Positions 1 to 14,250 of a stretch of DNA of 64,000 bases are shown one piece after another. Both the position numbers and the translations under genes were made by a program. The notes below the pieces were generated by a model, which saw only the letters and a list, made by a program, of their open reading frames with translations, made no database searches and had not been told where the DNA came from. Source of the stretch: Podarcis cretensis. Taxonomy: Eukaryota. Every line of letters starts with the position of its first letter. Position 1 is the stretch's first letter. The stretch spans positions 80,476,001 to 80,540,000 of the forward strand of contig OX638151.1 in assembly GCA_951804945.1 (NCBI GenBank). Reading direction: 5' to 3'.

Positions 1-620
1 TGTAGTGGCATATGTCCCTCCAGGGGAGAGAATTCCACAGTCAGACCACCACTATGGAGAAAGCCCAACCCATGTTACTATGCAGCAATCCACTTCCACG
101 GGTGGGACAATGAAAATAACTTTCCCTGGTGATGTGTGGGCTGGGGCTGGTTGATACTTGAAGAGGTGCTCCATCAAAAACTTGGGTCCTGAATCATTTA
201 GGATTTTATAGGCCAACACTAACACCCTGAATTGGGCACAGTGACATATATAGGCAATCAATGCAGATCACACAGAATGGGTGTTATATGATTTCATATA
301 GATGGTCCTGTCAACGTTCTGGCTGCAGTCTAAAGATCCCAAGCTGTCTTCAAGGATAGTTCCATTTAAAGTGCATTACCATAGCCAAGAGATGAGGTTA
401 CTAGAATGTGTAGTACTGCAGCAAGGCTGTCTTAGTCCAGGGACACCAGGGACATACTGGTGCTGGAACAAGGTACTTTTTGTTTTTAACGATGCACTAG
501 CATCACTAGGACCACAAGTAACAATGTACTCTAAGAGTACAGGCAGCATTCAAAACTGCTCCTTCAGAAGAGTGTGGCTCTGGTTGGAACATGTCATGCA
601 TCTAACTTCCAGACACAAGA
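1..620 (-). mobile_element. Degraded L2-clade LINE, 3' part of ORF2
   Basis: Minus-strand translation gives AQFRVLVLAYKILNDSGPKFLMEHL, homologous to [25 protein letters not shown] of the young L2 at 14251-15328. It has many stops and indels; boundaries are approximate. Confidence 0.75.
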
Positions 621-1857
621 ATAGCTTGCCAATAGTGCCTCTGTCTTGCGGCTTCAGTTGTATAGTAGTTTGCTTGAGATTATAGAAACTGTACCTTGCC
701 TTGAGCGTTTCATGATGGAGAGGTACTTAATACATTTGAACATAATAATAATGATAGAGTAATAGAGTTCTGGTTAAACAATTTCAGGCAGCAAGATAGG
801 AAATAACCTGTCCTGTTCTCAGTAAGCCAATGGCCTGACTCGAAATAGAGTAGACTTTTGTAATTGTGAATATGATATCCCTTTCATCCATGGAATTGCA
901 CAATTAAAATGCAGTGCTTTCTCTGTGTAATCTGGCAAATTAACATGTGCACTGACTGGCAAATTATCTCTAAACAGCATACAATTCTTAGGAGGGTCCA
1001 AATACAAGAGATGGAGTGAAATGGGTTGACAATTCTTAGAGACATTGGAACAAACTTCACTTCCTTGGTTTCTCCAAAAGGTCCTTAGTTTAAAGAATAC
1101 CTTCTGACAGTTCTCAAACCTCACACAAGAGAAATCCATTTTTACCTTCTAAGGATAAAATAAGCCTGTCAGATGAAAGTAGGTATGATTCATCCCATTT
1201 TTACCTGTCTTTACAAGAGTAGTTTTTACTCCATTTGAAACTGTCGATACTGAAAAGAAAGATCATCATGAAATTGTTCAACAGACCCTGACATTATTTG
1301 GATGGCATTAAGACAATAGAGTGTAATGCAATGCTATGTCTGGGCCTTTGTTGTACTTCCATCCCGTCCCTTTTCAAAGGATGGCTTACACCTTTAAAAC
1401 CTGTAAAAGCTTTTGTAACTTAGAACAGATCCTTCAAAAGAATCTGAGTCATGTTCTTCAACTGTTAAACAAAGTGTATTACTCTCCTCTTCTCTTTCAA
1501 AGAATTCATCTTTCTTACAGAAAAGACAAAATGGTTTACCTGTCAAATATTCACTTAACTGATGTTTTAAATGTTTTTATGACTAATGCATTGCTTTAGA
1601 TCACTTTCAGATTACTTGTCTATTAAACACACAAAGTTTTCAAATGTGATGGACATCTCTTTACTGAGAATTCATTCAGATTTGTTTAGGGGGAGGTCAT
1701 ATGTCATTTCATCATGCAATTGTTATCCCAAACTTTTGGGTGGATTGTCCATTACTTTCCTTACTGCAAAAGTCCTTTAAAAAGAGAACAGGTTTGTTGC
1801 ACAAGACCATCAACCCCATTTGAATTGTACAACTTGAATTGTGTGGTTAGCATTGAA

Positions 1858-2168
1858 TAGGAGACTGAGAGAAGATATGATAGCCATCTTCAAATATCTA
1901 AAGGGCTGTCACAAGGAAGATGGAGCCAGATTGTTTTTACAAGCTTCAAGATTCTGACTAAATACCAGGAAGAACTTTCTGACAGTAAGAACTATTCAAT
2001 AGTGGAACAGAACCCAAGAGAGGTGGTGGACTCTCCTTCCTTGCAGGTTTTAAAGCACAGGTTCAGTGGCCAACTGTCTTGGATGCTTTAGTTGAGATTC
2101 CTGCATTGCAAAGGACAGGACTAGATGACCCTTGGGGTCCCTTCCCTTCCAACTCTATGATTCTATGA
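1858..2168 (+). mobile_element. CR1 LINE 3' fragment
   Basis: RLREDMIAIFKYLKGCH-like coding remnant matches the CR1 at 32816. It ends in the CR1 3' UTR with the ATTCTATG terminal repeat (ctctatgattctatga). Confidence 0.85.
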
Positions 2169-2749
2169 TCCCACTTTCAAAACAGTGACACCCTTAAATT
2201 GTTATCCACCCTGCACTCTCTTTTGGGAGGAAGGGTGAGTTATAAAAATAGCAAATAAATCAATATTACTTAATTTTATTCTGGTACCAGATTAAAACCA
2301 AGATTCACCAAGACCTATAAGGATTTTAAAGGCTCGTTGTGATCTACTGTGAAGACAAATTTGTATATGAAAAGGGCTGCCTATTTTCATGCTTTCTCTA
2401 TCTTTAAAAATGATTTGTATTAACAGTAGGGGTGTGCATTTGGTTAAAACTTAACATTTGGTTCAACTTTCAACTGTCCCAAACAAATTCCCACTTTGAA
2501 GCTAAGGACAACAGAACAACTTGCACCCAAAGGTATGCCTAATCTCACCACTTCTTGCATTTTGCCAGCTGCTTTTATCTGGTTGTGAACTTCCCCCACC
2601 TTTTGCCATCAAGGCAGGCTGTTATAGGTGTTAAAGATTTGTTATAGATGTTATGTTCTATATATATGTTTCCTATTTCTTATTTTTAAAATTTGATATG
2701 AGAATCAAAATATATAGATATCAAAACAAATACATTCTTTCTTTTTTTA

Positions 2750-2773
2750 AAACAAAACAAAACAAAACAAAAC
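2750..2773. repeat. (AAAAC)n microsatellite
   Basis: Direct reading of the tandem pentamer. Confidence 0.85.
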
Positions 2774-2867
2774 CTACAGTTTTGTAAGATGAAATATATT
2801 TATTCTGGGTAGAATATTAACCTTTATAGTTTAGCCATTGAAATGAATTCTGACCAAATGACAAATA

Positions 2868-3105
2868 CAGTGGAACTTCGGTTTTCGAGCCTCTCGGAAG
2901 CCGAACGATTCAGAACCCGAACACCGAAAACCCAGTGAATGCTTCCATTATCGAACGCGCCTCAGAAGTTGAATGGCTTCCGAGGTGTGTTTCTCCATTT
3001 TCTCAATGGAATTTGCCGACTGCCCATTACTCCTTGGTTGTTGAACATTTCAGAAGTCAAACTGTCTTCCAGAACGGATTATGTTTGACAACCGAGGTTC
3101 CACTG
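2868..3105. mobile_element. Tc1/mariner-superfamily (Tigger/pogo-like) MITE
   Basis: TIRs CAGTGGAACTTCGGTTTTC / GACAACCGAGGTTCCACTG, flanked by TA at 2866-2867 and 3106-3107. No coding capacity. Confidence 0.85.
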
Positions 3106-4357
3106 TAGTTCTTTACAAGCACAACTACTGGGCTGCATACTTCATTGACATGACCAAACCCATTTGGGGTTTCATGGTATGTAATCCATTTTATCACTAA
3201 AGGAATATGCTTATCATTGGAAAGAAAAGGTGATAGCTTTGGAACAAGTATGGCTGCTGGGTATGTAATATACCTTTTACTTGCATTTCTTTGCTGCCTT
3301 AGGTATAACTGTAAATGCGGGATAGAAGAAATAAATTATGTACTAAGGAGAAAGTCTCACTGAACATAGGACGGCTTTAATGTTGAACAAACCCATGGAG
3401 CATTGTTCCATGCATTATGAGAATTCACTCTAACTGCAGAAAAGTAACTAGATTTCTTTAAAAATAACAGGAAAAGTTTGGGAAAGCTTGTTAACCTGAT
3501 TGCTTCCTTTTTAGTCATGAAATTGTTTCTTTGTAGCCCCCTCTTCATATTGGTTGGAAAATGTGAAAAGTACATTTTTGCACTACGAAAGAGCAACAGC
3601 AGACATAGGATTTGGTTTCATTTTATGCTAGCAGAGCTCATTGAAGATCAGGTTAACAGTCAGTACAGGAGGTGATGTAATTTCCACTGGTGTCTAGATA
3701 GCAGTACTATAACAGCAGGAGCCACAAAGTCTTCCTTTCTTTTTTTATGACCAGCACAGATACACAATAATTTTTTAAAAAACCACTGGAAATCAATTGC
3801 CATGTTCTGTCCCATCACCCCCACCCTGCTTTAAGTAAAACCACAAACTACTGAGATAGCAGAGCAAAAGATACACAGAAAATGCCAGGTATTGTCTTTT
3901 GTTACACAGCAGTTATATCATAAATGGTATATTGAAAGTATTAAGTGTCAGCAGGGATGCATTCTCCATCAAATTATCTTTTATTTTATGGAAGGTAGAG
4001 CCTCTCCCTTAAGTCAGTATAAAACATTTACAGCACCTTTGCCATTTCTTTGTGTACCGCTGCATTTGGGAAAGATGCAAGCGACAAGTGAATAGAGACT
4101 TATAAATAAAAGATTATGGGCTCTATTGTAACTTTATAAGCCAGAGCTGTGTTTGTGTGTGTGTAAAAGCACTCGACCACTGGCAGCTCCTGCAGGCATT
4201 TGCCCTAAAACAGCCAGACAGAAATGCCGTCAGGAGGCAGGACCTATTAGACTTGAGAAACACCTCTTAAGGCTTTGCATTCTTTGGAACTGCAGTATCT
4301 GTTTGCCCATTTCCTGCCAGTGCCAGAGTCTCCTCCCTACTAAGAAGTCCACCTTAC

Positions 4358-4404
<47 letters not shown>
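4358..4404. repeat. (TTTC)n microsatellite
   Basis: Direct reading. Confidence 0.95.
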
Positions 4405-5044
4405 AAAAAAGGAAGTTCCCAATAACAGAAATACTAAACTTGTAGCACATACATTACCACAATACCCAGCATTCTCTAGTAGAGAAATATTGTCAAGGAA
4501 TCATCAACATTAGCCCAAATCCAAGCATTTGATAATCAGGATTTTGTTATCAGGTGCATGATAGATCATTAGGAATGTAAAGTTAGGCCCACCACGTAGA
4601 TACCAATGTGCACACTCCTGTCGGTGCCAGCCAGAAGGTGGCCGATGGGTGCGTGAAGGTGTTTAAGTTGATCTCCTTGCACATGGTCATGAACCATGAC
4701 TGACCAGAGTTCATGTGCCTGTGAGGAGCCCTTCATCCATACATGGGTATGTCCTCTTCATGATGACACTGATTGCATGTCAGCTAGAGATTGTGGCAAG
4801 TATCCTTGAGGGAAGGGGAGGACAGCCTTCAGGCTTACTGGATCTACTTTGCTATTTAATAGAATCCCAAGATCTGCCAACCAGAGCCAGCTGCTAAAGA
4901 CATACAGTTAGAATTAAACAGCATAAAGACTCTGAGTGCATTTTGAGTCCAGGCTGGCTTTCTTCACTTCAGCAGACTAATTTTGGTGAGGAAAGATGTT
5001 CTGTTGTCACTGTTGTCAAACAATTTGGAGACAAAAACTCTTGT

Positions 5045-5460
5045 CAGGATCTACTAGTAGATTCCAATGTACTCAATGTAATCTGCTCTATGTAGGGCTT
5101 CCCCTGGGATTGGTGCTGAAGTTGGAGCTGGTGCAGAATACTGCGGCCATCTAGAGGTGCACCTCTGCTGAGGGAACTGCACTGGTGACCAGTCAGATCC
5201 AGGACCATGTTCAAGGTCTTATTGTTAGCATATAAAGCCTCAGACAACTTTGAATTAAGTTACCTGAAAAACTGTACAGACTTGTACATCCAGGTAGATC
5301 ATCTACTTGGAGCACCACACTCTGCAAAATATGTTAGGACAGTGAAAACTGGAATTTTTTGGTGATGCCCTTGTACTGTGGAATGTCCTTCATTTTGCCA
5401 CTAGTTACTTCAGACATCTTTGAAAGACTTATATTTTCCTGACCCACAAGATTGGACCCT
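5045..5460 (+). mobile_element. Degraded L2 LINE 3' ORF2 fragment
   Basis: Remnants resembling [14 protein letters not shown]...LELVQNTAA...LHW.PVRSRTMFKVLLLAYKA, homologous to the L2 at 14251. Confidence 0.7.
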
Positions 5461-8204
5461 GTTTTTATGGGATTGAATCCCTGAATGTTTTTGCTTCGTT
5501 CACTTTTAAATGCTTATACATGTTTTTATACTTCTGTTCTTAAATAGCATGAAACATTTTTTTAAAAAAAATTAATGAAAGAAAGGACCAGGAGGACTAG
5601 TATTAATGGCCTTTTCACGTTGTCCTTGCAAAGTCAAAACTTTTCTGTGTGTTACCAGGAATACAGTGGGATCTATTTTTGTAAACACTATAGACTACTG
5701 GGAAAATGAAGGAGAAAGTACTAGGGAACTAGTTGTATTACATGAATATTTTATAACTGTCTATGTAATATGTCTGACAGGAACCAAGCTACATGTAGCT
5801 AGCATCTATCCATGTTGCCCCATCACAAGGGAGGTACAATGCTTTTAGAAACAAGAGTATAACTAGCAAATGGAAATTTATTCTGCACAATAGCAGTTGG
5901 TTTCTGGATGGTATTTTCTCACTAATGATGCCTGATTTGTCACAAAAAGTTGTACATATCTGGCATGAATATGGGTTTGTGAGGCTCCCCCATTTTTGAA
6001 GGATCTTGACTGGGAACCTTTTTAAATCTCTCTGCATTATAAATAGATGACAATCAAGTACAAATATACTGCAACTATCCTTGATTCAGGGATGATCATG
6101 GTACATATGGGGCACATCCAAAGACACTGTTACAATGCCATAGCTAGATTTTTACCTAGAAATAGATAAGTTATTTTGTTGCCTTTGTCACTAAGTAGTA
6201 CTTCTGCCAAGTATTTAAGGCCCGCATAACAAGGTACATGAAACAAACGTCTGTGTGTCAGTCCCCACTTCGGCATGCCAGTCTCCTACCTCCCTTTGGT
6301 TGATGTTTGGGCCTCTTCTGACTAGCTGTGAGTTCTGGCTACTGTGAACCAATGGACCAGTAAGCAGTCGGCACTTGCATGCCAGCAAGGAAATAGACTC
6401 TGAGAGGATCTTCTTTGCTCCTGCCACTTTCTGTGGGAAAACCCGCCATTTACTGCTAAATCTGAAGAAACGTCACTCCATAGAAAACCCAACTGAAAGC
6501 AATGGGACAAAAGAAAAAGCTCTTGGAACCATGCCTCTCGCCCAACAAATGGATTTGTGGGTGAGCCCTTTGTGACTTGACAGAGGGTCTTCTCAGCAGT
6601 TGATCCCACCCCCAAGATCTGGCTGTCACCAACATTACCAAACCTTAGGCACCAGTTGAAATTTTCCTTTTTCATCAGGCCTTTGGTATTTTAAAAATTG
6701 GCCTATCTAGTGATACTTTACAGATGGCTGGAGTTTTATTGAACTGTCATGAACAGTAAACTTTGTTGATTCTTTTCCATGTTTTATGTTGCAGCTTGCC
6801 CTCATATAAGACGTAGGGTAGGATATAAGTTTTAAAAATAAATCTATTTATAAACTACACTGGATACTTGTTTGATTCTGGTCTCCTGAGAAGATGCTAG
6901 GACATTTCCTTTTTGGGGGAATATTTTTATTAAGAAGAAATTCTGCACAAGAACATGAGGGTGCTGGTTTTGACCTTTAAATATGATTTTGCATTACAAA
7001 ATATTTAAATAATGCTAGAAGCCTAGGTGAGTTTAACTTAAAGCCTCACTTCAATTAGCCAATAAATAATTAGCCACTTTCATTTCATATGCAATAGCCA
7101 TTAACTATGATGCTTCAAGAGACTTGAAAAGATCACCTAGACAGGTAAATCAGCAAGTATTGGAAGAAGTAGATATTGGCAGGATTTTTAGAGTTTCAGT
7201 AATTGGAAGAATATTCAGTAATTGGAAGCATTTATATAAAATCTTTGGAAGCACCAGGATAAAATCAGTTTCTCTTCTGAAGCATGCCAATCAAGTTTGC
7301 ATGCATTTCTTCTTCTTATCTGTATTTGATAGAGCTCATTAAGGAAGGAAATAGTTAGTGATTTTTGGATTTAGTGAGAAAGAACTGTTTCATTTCTTTG
7401 CTAATTCTTGCCAGCATTGGTTAAATTAATTCTCAGCCTCTTGGTAAAATATAGGTTTACTGAAAGACAAACAAAAAATCGCACGGTAGGCATGAGAACA
7501 AGACTTAATTCTGGTGTACATATTCAAAATGACAGCAGCAGAACACTTTTGGAAATCCAGCTGAGTAACAGTTGTTGGAACCCTACTGAGACCTCTCCAT
7601 CAATTTCTAGTGATTCTCAGAAGGAATGCATGAGTCAAACTGCAGCTGAATTTTGTGAAAAGGAAAAAGAAACAGCCTGAAGTACTGCCTAATTTTACAC
7701 ACCAAATAAGTTGTTAGGATGGAGAGCACAATGAATTTACTTTGCCAGTACAAGCTATGATGTCATATGCTGGCATCGCAAACCAGTCCAAGGTACCATA
7801 CCAATGAAACAGTGGGAGTCAGAGCTGGTATTCCGATAACATCCCCCCAATATCAAATGTGACACACAAACATAAGGCAAAGCTCTTGGTACAGGACAGA
7901 ATTGAACTGATAACAAGGCCAAGGAATGATGATAGTGAGTGAGGCAACTAGAGAGTTTCCTCTAAGGTGCTTTGATTATCCTTGAATCACACACAGTGGT
8001 ACAATCCTAGGAATTGTACCACTTCAATCATAGAAGTAGGGCAGCATATACAAACAAAAGTCCATCACATCTATGCTCCCTGCATAAAATCAATGGAGGA
8101 AGCCATTGCAAGGGTATCAGTTCTTGTGTCCAAAACAGGGCACTATACTTGATAATGATGTTTAATGGATCATTAGCTGAGGGATCAAAAATAGAGCTAC
8201 CCAT

Positions 8205-8824
8205 AGAATAATGCTGTTATATAAATCTATGCTGAGGCTGCAGTTGGAATACTATGTACAGTCCTGGTCACCTCACCTGAAAAATGATATTGTACAGTTA
8301 GAAAAGGGCAAGCAGAGTGATAAAGGACAATTCCTCTGTGATGAACGTCACAGCATTTAGAACTTTTTAGTTGAGAGAAAAGGTGAGTAAGAGGAGACAG
8401 GATACAGGTTTATAAAATTATGCATGGTGTGGAGAGAAAGTGGGTGGATAAAAGTTTTTCTTCCTGTCTCTCACAATACTAGGACATCCAATGACACTGA
8501 ATTTTGGAAGATTCACAGTATATAAAAAAGTATTTCTCTACATCATGAAACTATGGCACTTGCTCCCACAGGAGGCAGTGTGGCCACCAGCTGGAGTGGC
8601 TTTAAGAGAGTGTTTTTGACAAATTCATGAAGAATAGGGCTATTAATGGCCTCTAGCCACAATAGAGATGCTCTACCTCCACTGTTGGAGGTAGCACGCT
8701 TTGGAAAAGTGAATTCTAATGGCTGAGAATCACAAATGGAGAGACTGCTGTTATGCTTGCAGGCTTCTAATAGATAACTGGTCGGCCATTGGCCTGATCC
8801 AGCACACTCTTCTTACGTTCTTAT
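8205..8824 (+). mobile_element. Old CR1-type LINE 3' end (second subfamily, TTCTTA-type terminus)
   Basis: LYKSMLR..LEYYVQSWSPHLKNDI..LEK remnant of the CR1 ORF2 C-terminus, followed by a 3' UTR ending ggcctgatccagca...tcttacgttcttat. The same 3' UTR recurs inverted at about 22605, 24590 and 59197. Confidence 0.75.
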
Positions 8825-11624
8825 AATGAGTGTAAAATTGCAGAGCCTTCTAGGGGCTAGCCAGGTTTTTGCTCCGGGTGAAGCCTTCAGATTGGTGCCA
8901 AAGACACCCCGAGCCTTTGTGTGTGCGTGCAAATGCACATGGGGGGGGGCATAAACTGGGACTTTGACCAGGGTGAAGCCTAGTTTCGTCCCTAAAATCG
9001 ACAGGATGAAATCCACAAAATTACTAAGCACAGCAGGTACAGTACTGAAGTGCTATTTTTCGGGGGGGGGGGGGTGTCGGAAGTTCACCATAAATGCCTC
9101 CCTTGTTTTCTTATAATGACAATGGCTGAAAAAAGCCCTGGTTACACTGATATATGCCACAAGCGGGGCATGCTTCTGTGAAAGGAGCTTTGGTGCCTGT
9201 ATCCCTGGTTGGACCAGGCATTGCATTACAGGTGGATGCTATATACATAGCTCCAGACAGCTAATCATTAATACTGTCCACCAGCTGTCCAGAAGGAGGA
9301 GGCGGAAGCTGGTTTTAGTCTTCCCCTAGGGCCACCCCAGTACATTTTGGTGCCTGGGGTAAACCACAAAATGGTGCTCCCTACCGACCAGGGAAGAAGG
9401 GGTGAGTGAAGATCTCCATTGGGACCTGCTGTCCCTGTGGAACTAGCCACCTAAGGAGGTCCCCTCACCTTTCCTCATGGGTGGGCTGGCCCTGTCTCCC
9501 ACTCTTCCTTCCCACTGAACAACTGCTAGAATTGTTGCTGATGAAGTGACGGAAGCTGTGAGTGAACAGACCTTTCTGAACTGAAACAATGCATTGCAGT
9601 GCCAGGCTGGAGCTTAGCTTTGTCGTTCCAATTATTTTGGAGAAGGAAGAGATATTTTAAGATGGAACAGCAAGCAGGCACTGGGGCCATGAGGTAGCTG
9701 ATGCTATAGAGTCTTATGGCAACATACAGGAACTGGCTGGGAAAGTCCGTATTTCCTAGAAGTTCAGGTGTGCAACCTTATAAAGTGTGCCTTATGACCT
9801 CCAGGATTCTCTCAACCTAGCAGGATTTAGAAAGGCCACTTCACAGCAGTGTAGCTTTCTATGAATATATTCTCTGTTTATTGCCAGGATCACTTCTAGG
9901 ATTGAAGTCTGCTAGAATCATCAGCACGATACAAGAATACATTGATTGTATGTGATAAACCACTTTTTCAGTCTTAAACTACCTACAGTAAGTAATCCTG
10001 CTGGACATCACTTAATAGCATGGATACTCCCAGTGTTTTATGCTTCAAGTTATGTGAAATGTGCAGCTCTTTGTGTCATGTTACTTTGGATTTTGTGTTT
10101 AAGAATAAAGAAGGGAGAAGACAGGGAGGGGCAGAAGACACTTGCTACAGTACTGCTTTAAGATTTTCAAATAGCCGACTTCCAACCGTGACAAGCTTAG
10201 CACAGCTATTAGTCTGGCTGATGGCAGGTTCTCTCTTTTTTGACTCAGTTGCTAAACCTGCTTTCAATACTCCCCGTGGGTTCTAGTTCAAGGACTGGCT
10301 GAGTGCACAAACAAGAAGTTCAGTTACCAGATTTAATCTGTCAGGTGCAAACAGCTGTCAGATCCATCTGTGGGACTTTCTCAAAGGGGGCAGACGTTTA
10401 AAAAAAACCCCAACAACACCAAGATTCTTTAGTGTCACTCTTGTATTCCCCAAAATGCATGAGAACTTCACAGTGAAGCTTAAGTGACTAGCAATATGGT
10501 GAAATGTTTGCATCATAAGATAAATAGCAAGATGCAAGTGACAAAGCCAGCCATTCTTGGTGCCATCGCTAGTGCTGTGCCGTGCCTTCCACAAGGGCAT
10601 TTGTTGTCACTTTCCCTTTGATCATCTCTGACATTCCTGTGATGGAAACTACCAAGCCATTGCCAACTTAGTCTTGTACATGTTGCATGAATTAAAATGT
10701 ATTCACTCTGTCATTTCCCTTGGATCGCTCACTAGCTGCTGAACTTATATTAAAAAAAACCCCAGTGTCTCTAATGCCTGAGCCGATTACCCTCCTTTTT
10801 AAAGTTTTACCACTCTTACATGAATCTACACATTGACATTAGTTTAGAAATTGAATTAAAAGGACAATATTTGTTTAACGTCTACTAAAGGTTTAAGGCA
10901 AATTGCTAAACCATGTCACTAATGGCCTAAAACTAATGCAAATGCTAGAAACACAAAATAGAACGATCAAAGCTGCAGGGAGCAAACTAATGATCTGAGG
11001 GAGTTCTTGCGGGCAGAATATGCTCTGCATAATCAGGAGCTGTCCTCTGCAGTTTCATGTCAGCAAGTGGTCCACTGGCACAAGTCTAGTTTGCAGATGG
11101 ACTATTCCCCATCATTAAGGGAATGGGGGGAAGTCCTTGCCTGTGCAGAGAAGCACTGCCTATTATAGCTCCTGAGTGCACACTGGAATTGTTGGCTGAG
11201 TGACAGACTGCAATTCACAAACCCACTTATGCAAACAGATTGGTCTCTCTGGAGTCCTTAGGGGTGGGGAACTGCACAGCCATAGAATCTCTTGTGCAGC
11301 AACCAGTGGATGACATTGCAGACAGTCTAGACATAGATCACAACCAATACAATGTGGCATCTGAGGAGTTGGGAAAGACCTGGTTTTAACAGTGTGTGCA
11401 CAGATATAAAGGTTTATTTATTTTTTTACCAGGTTGGTGGTTGAAGACCAGGCCCCTCTTTATCTATCTGAGGTAGCTGGCATCGCAACAAGCATCAGCT
11501 CACCTTAAATCTCAAATTGGATGAGAACAAAATAAAACCTCTCTCTATATTTATTGGTGAGGGCATTTCCCATACTAAGCTCCACAGCTACTTTTGACCA
11601 GGCCCCACTGGAAACTGCTTAGAT

Positions 11625-11762
11625 CAGCAGTTCTCAACCTGTGGGTCCCCAGATGTTGTTGGACTACAAGTCCCATCACCCCTAGCTAGCAAGGCCAGAG
11701 CTCAGGGATTATGGGAGTTGTAGTCCAACAATATCTGGGGACCCAGAGGTTGAGAAGCGTTG
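11625..11762. mobile_element. Palindromic hAT MITE (URR1/Charlie-like)
   Basis: TIR CAGCAGTTCTCAACCT / AGGTTGAGAAGCGTTG. Long internal palindrome (gatgttgttggactacaa...ttgtagtccaacaatatc). Perfect 8-bp TSD GCTTAGAT at 11617-11624 and 11763-11770. Confidence 0.9.
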
Positions 11763-11898
11763 GCTTAGATGTTTTAATGGGAATTGCTACTGCAACTTCC
11801 CTTGAAGACTTCCATAGAAATGATTTTACGGCTCACACAAGTAGATCACTGACATATCAGCCGGCTGAGATACTATATTTTATCAACCAGTTCAAGGG

Positions 11899-11984
11899 CA
11901 GCAATCCTATACTGTACACACCTGGAAGTAAGTTCCACTGAACTTAATGGGACTTACTTCTGTGTTGACATACACAGGGTTGTG
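11899..11984. repeat. Short palindromic interspersed repeat (about 85 bp, MITE-like)
   Basis: caatcctat...gaagtaagttcc-actgaacttaat-gggacttacttc...agggttg hairpin. Related copies at about 15757, 38978, 48820, 48930, 57887, 57965 and 61484. Confidence 0.65.
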
Positions 11985-14250
11985 TTCTCATTGTTCCTAG
12001 GCGAAGGACACCAGGAATGCTCAGCTAAGTAGTTGACTTACCAAAGTTCATCAAAATGTTCCTCAAACTATGGAGACAGTTCTGTGGTTTGTCCCATCTG
12101 GTTTCTCCTGTTTTAGTTGCTCAGGATGTGGTGCGTGGGCAATTTTGAATAATGTTTCTAGTCTGGAGATTTTCTCTCTTTTAACAAACAATAGGGCTGA
12201 TGTTGAATAAGACAATCACGTCTAAGTCAAAAGGCACCAAATGTGATTGTAGCTAGTCTTGTATTACAAACTGGATTTCTGATTTGCTCTTGTTAAATTA
12301 CACATTAACTAAACATTAGGTCATCTTGTAGCTCTGCTTTTCTTTGCATGTAGGTTACAGACTTGAAAGACCAAGACAGCTCTCTGTCAGGCAAGAACCT
12401 TGCCACACATTATTTTTGGCTGGGCTTGCAAGATTTCTTCCCTCTTCTCTCATTCGTCTTCAACCAACACAAATAAAAGAGACATGCCAATATTTATGTT
12501 CCTCAATTTCCACCCCTCAAAATGACCAAACTGGTGGGGGTGGGATGAAGGGGAAGACCGCTTGCCCCATGCAGACAATTTATAGAGCTGAGCAGATGTC
12601 CGAAACAGCTGACAGGACGTGAACATTTTTAAACAGTAACAATGCAACAAACAAGTGGAACAGAATTTTCTTCCCGGCAATGAGTCTGCTCAGCCAGAAA
12701 GTTCAAGGAGTTAACAGCAAAACTGCTGCATATATTTAAACTTTGTGCTGAGGGTCATGTAAACATTCCTTTCCCAGACACTCTGCTGTGAATACAGAAT
12801 CTCACTGACCCTGCTGTGTTTTCCCCTATAAGATTTACCACAATGCCATAACAAAGCTACACATTGTATCTGTCAAAAAGAAAAGGATATTTAAAGGGGG
12901 GAGAGAGAGAGAGACACCATCTTGCTATTTAAGGAAACCGAGCCTGTTTTTTTTTTTTTATCAGTGGCATGTGAAGCAAAATAACTGAGTGACCAATCCT
13001 CTATTCAAAACATTTCCCATCTTTTTAAGTACACATCATGTGGAAATTTCTGCAAACTCCAAGCTGTCTTCTATTCTCCAGTAAAAGCGTGCCTAAATAT
13101 ATATGAGTTGTCATGGACTGTTATGTGGGAGCAGCATGTATCACAAGGCTTGTAGGAAAGGAACCATCTTGAACCATTAGGAATAAAGTAAATTGTACCA
13201 TTAGGTAGTCTGCATGTTCAAGGCAATATATCGCTCTTCAAATGGAAAGCAGGGATGAAGAGGTGGGTGGAGGGAAGGAAAGAAATGGAAGATTATGATT
13301 TAAAATTCTAGTCATTTCACTGTTGTCCTGAAGAGATATGTCATTGTCAGGCACTTCATCCGTCAAACTGTATTCTTGCGTTAGACAGCAGTGGGCCTGT
13401 GGGAGATTTCATAGTGTAGGAATCTGGGGCGGGGGTTGTTGTTCTCTTTCCATGGTCAGGCTGCGGTAGCAGCAGGTGCAAAGTCATCACAACTCTATTA
13501 GCTCAACCATGGATGGCTATAAAGACATGCTATTGTCCTCAAATTGCATGTCAGCTCATTACCGGGGGAAGCGACTTGTTTCAGGCTTTGCCCTTTCTCT
13601 AGAAAAGTTGCATGTCCCTGCCAGGTCTCTTTCACAAAAGACCTCAACACAGAGAGAGAAAGAGAGAGAGACAGAGAGAAGGAGAGAGACATCAAACACT
13701 TAGCTGGATTCCAACCACATTCCACTCCTCTAGCCTCATAGAGAGGACCTGAAAGGCTCTTCTGCTCTTATTTCACTCCTGACAAAAGCTGAACAATGGA
13801 GTGGCTGTTGGCAAGGCCCCCTTTCTTCCCCCTGTTAAGAGCTATATGCATTATCTCAGGAATCTCCATTCATATTAAGATAATGCCCAGTCACTCTCCC
13901 CTTGTTTAGATTACAGCTCAGCCTATCCCAGACCACCTCTCATTTTCTTTTCTTCCCTGATAATCCTGGGCTTTAGCCACTGAGCTACCCCAGAACTAAA
14001 CAGCCTAAATGGGAAGATAATTGCAGTAAAACTAATGCAGCAAAGCCCTACACACAGATGTTGTGCCTTTCTCCCGCCTTCTGATCCTAAGCTACAGATT
14101 TGGTTAGCCTTCCCAGAATGCATCAGTGAATACCATCCTGGATCCAAGGAAGGATAAGGTTTTATTGAGAGCACCATTAACTATTCCCAAAGTGAGAATT
14201 CTTAATAATCAGCCTTTCTAGTGATCAGCTTTAAGTGAATACTTGCATGT

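Noticed and set aside
4590-4760. CpG-containing stretch that looked exon-like
   Set aside because: Frames on both strands are short, give no recognisable peptide and lack a good acceptor/donor pair.
13476-13741. Overlapping short ORFs as a host exon
   Set aside because: Openness is partly due to a GA-rich microsatellite. No recognisable protein and no convincing splice sites.
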